Under the pieces are notes generated by a model that searched no databases, was not told the DNA's origin, and saw nothing but the letters and a program-made list of their open reading frames with translations. From Alphaproteobacteria bacterium (lineage in GTDB: Bacteria; Pseudomonadota; Alphaproteobacteria; JAPOUT01; G958296285): 64,000 bases of DNA. Both the position numbers and the translations under genes were made by a program. The stretch spans positions 240,596 through 304,595 of the forward strand of contig CBDBUR010000001.1 of the NCBI GenBank assembly GCA_965212115.1, read 5' to 3'. Below are positions 62,977 through 64,000 of the stretch, piece after piece (positions within the stretch are counted from its first letter, which is position 1; each line of letters starts with the position of its first letter).

Positions 62977-64000
62977 GTCGTGCCGCATCAACCCAACAAA
63001 AAACGCCAACACAAACATTCGAAGAACTCGTCGAGCGCCTCGCGCCCGAAATGGCACAGGTCGATAAGATGATCGCACAGAACCTCAAAAGTCAGAGCGA
63101 GCTTGCGCAAAAGATCGCACAGCACTTAATCTCATCGGGAGGCAAACGACTGCGCCCGATGCTCGTCTTGGCCGCCGCCCATCTCGCCGATGAGCGCGGC
63201 GTATATCAAGAGGCTGCGCATATCCAGATGGCCAGCGCCGTCGAGCTCATCCACACCGCGACTTTGCTCCATGACGACGTCGTCGATGAAAGCGCGCAGC
63301 GCCGCAACCAGCCCTCAGCGCGCATTTTATGGGGTAATCCGGCAAGCATTCTCGTCGGTGATTTTCTGCTCGGCCGCGCCTTTGAAATCACGGTCGCGGT
63401 CGGCGAACTCGAAGCGCTCAGAGTCTTGTCGCGCACAGCATCGATCATCGCTGAAGGCGAGGTCATGCAGCTCGCCGTCAATGACTCAACACAAGATGAC
63501 GCAACGCAAATGGATCAGACAAGAATCATAGAGATCATCAGCGCCAAAACAGCCTCTTTGTTTTCCGCCGCCGCCGAAACCGGCGCGATCCTCGCGCAAT
63601 GTTCGGGCGAAAAGCGCGCCGCCTTGACACAATATGGTCATCACCTCGGCATGGCGTTCCAATTGATGGACGACGCCCTCGATTATGACGGCGCATCGTC
63701 AAAATTCGGCAAGCCGATCGGCGGAGACTTCCGCGAAGGCAAGATAACATTGCCGATGGCTCTATGCTGGCAGCACGCCAACAGCGCTGAACGCGATTTT
63801 TGGCGCGCGGTGATCTCGGTGCCGAAAAAGACGAGACCCTCCGACTTCAAGAAAGCGCGCCAGCTCATGGAGCGGCACGGCTCGCTCAAAGCGACGCGCG
63901 ACTATGCGCTTGATTATGCCCATAAAGCACGCGCGACGCTGAAAGTTTTTCCCGACAATGTCTGGCGGCGAGGCTTTGAGAATATGGTCGATTTCTCAAC
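62973..64000 (+). CDS. ispB: Polyprenyl (octaprenyl/decaprenyl-type) diphosphate synthase. The C-terminus runs off the right edge of the window.
   Basis: My own translation from the ATG at 62973 (ATGA overlap with the ppdK stop): ...GGKRLRPMLVLAAA...ELIHTATLLHDDVVDES..RRN (first DDxxD) ...MAFQLMDDALDY (second DDxxD). The frame is open to 64000. Confidence 0.85.
   Translation, partial: MSRAASTQQKTPTQTFEELVERLAPEMAQVDKMIAQNLKSQSELAQKIAQHLISSGGKRLRPMLVLAAAHLADERGVYQEAAHIQMASAVELIHTATLLHDDVVDESAQRRNQPSARILWGNPASILVGDFLLGRAFEITVAVGELEALRVLSRTASIIAEGEVMQLAVNDSTQDDATQMDQTRIIEIISAKTASLFSAAAETGAILAQCSGEKRAALTQYGHHLGMAFQLMDDALDYDGASSKFGKPIGGDFREGKITLPMALCWQHANSAERDFWRAVISVPKKTRPSDFKKARQLMERHGSLKATRDYALDYAHKARATLKVFPDNVWRRGFENMVDFS

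Overview
This 64 kb window looks like alphaproteobacterial chromosome. The clues are a lon-hupB-tRNA arrangement, gatCAB, split glyQS, and an RcGTA-type gene transfer agent cluster. All calls come from reading the supplied ORF translations and the raw sequence by eye. Family names are motif-level recognition from memory, because no database search was run.

Layout:
- 1-7338 (-): an acyl-CoA carboxylase catabolic cluster of the Atu/Liu type. It holds an acyl-CoA dehydrogenase, a biotin carboxylase alpha subunit, an enoyl-CoA hydratase, a carboxyltransferase beta subunit and an AtuA/DUF1446 protein.
- 7444-19969: housekeeping genes. These are tRNA-Val, HU, Lon, tRNA-Asp, a DASS symporter, TesB, a GST carrying a lysine-rich tail, an H1-like repeat protein, gatCAB, a Tat-signal amidase and RuvX.
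- 20033-34265 (-): a complete, intact GTA structural cluster (g1 to g15 plus a DUF2793 gene). It contains a lambda-type GGGAAAG -1 frameshift site between g10 and g10.1, and strong hairpins after the capsid gene and in the g1 leader.
- 34423-38194: a sulfite reductase operon (DUF2849, cysI, DUF934) and a DadA-like oxidoreductase.
- 38431-39571 (+): a two-gene pair resembling a split GafA (GafY/GafZ-like) GTA activator. A GTTC-N7-GTTC (alphaproteobacterial LexA box) motif lies just upstream.
- 39580-44276 (-): a tightly coupled operon. It encodes a TcpQ/PilL-like lipoprotein, a lipoprotein secretin, a PilP-like protein, a membrane-anchored unknown, a PilT-like protein that has lost its Walker A motif, and SufE. 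No pilin, prepilin peptidase or platform gene is present.
- 44413-46964 (+): two tandem MFS paralogues.
- 46970-49617 (-): an AT-rich island. It carries a MotA-like protein with a long coiled-coil tail, a MotB/OmpA-like protein, a 168-aa unknown and an HNH nuclease, which together resemble Zorya type II. The last two ORFs are separated only by a frameshift at a C5 homopolymer. A six-copy 11-bp tandem repeat marks the right edge of the island.
- 49787-52329 (-): an enoyl-CoA hydratase, then a beta-class DNA methyltransferase with a candidate restriction partner.
- 52733-64000 (+): housekeeping genes again. These are an acyl-CoA synthetase, a MaoC dehydratase, msrB, oligopeptidase B, glyQ, glyS, ppdK and a partial polyprenyl diphosphate synthase.

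I saw no rRNA, CRISPR array, integrase or transposase. The candidates I rank highest for something new are the orphan secretin/pseudo-ATPase operon, the compact Zorya-like island, and the GafYZ-like pair with its SOS-box-like motif next to the GTA.
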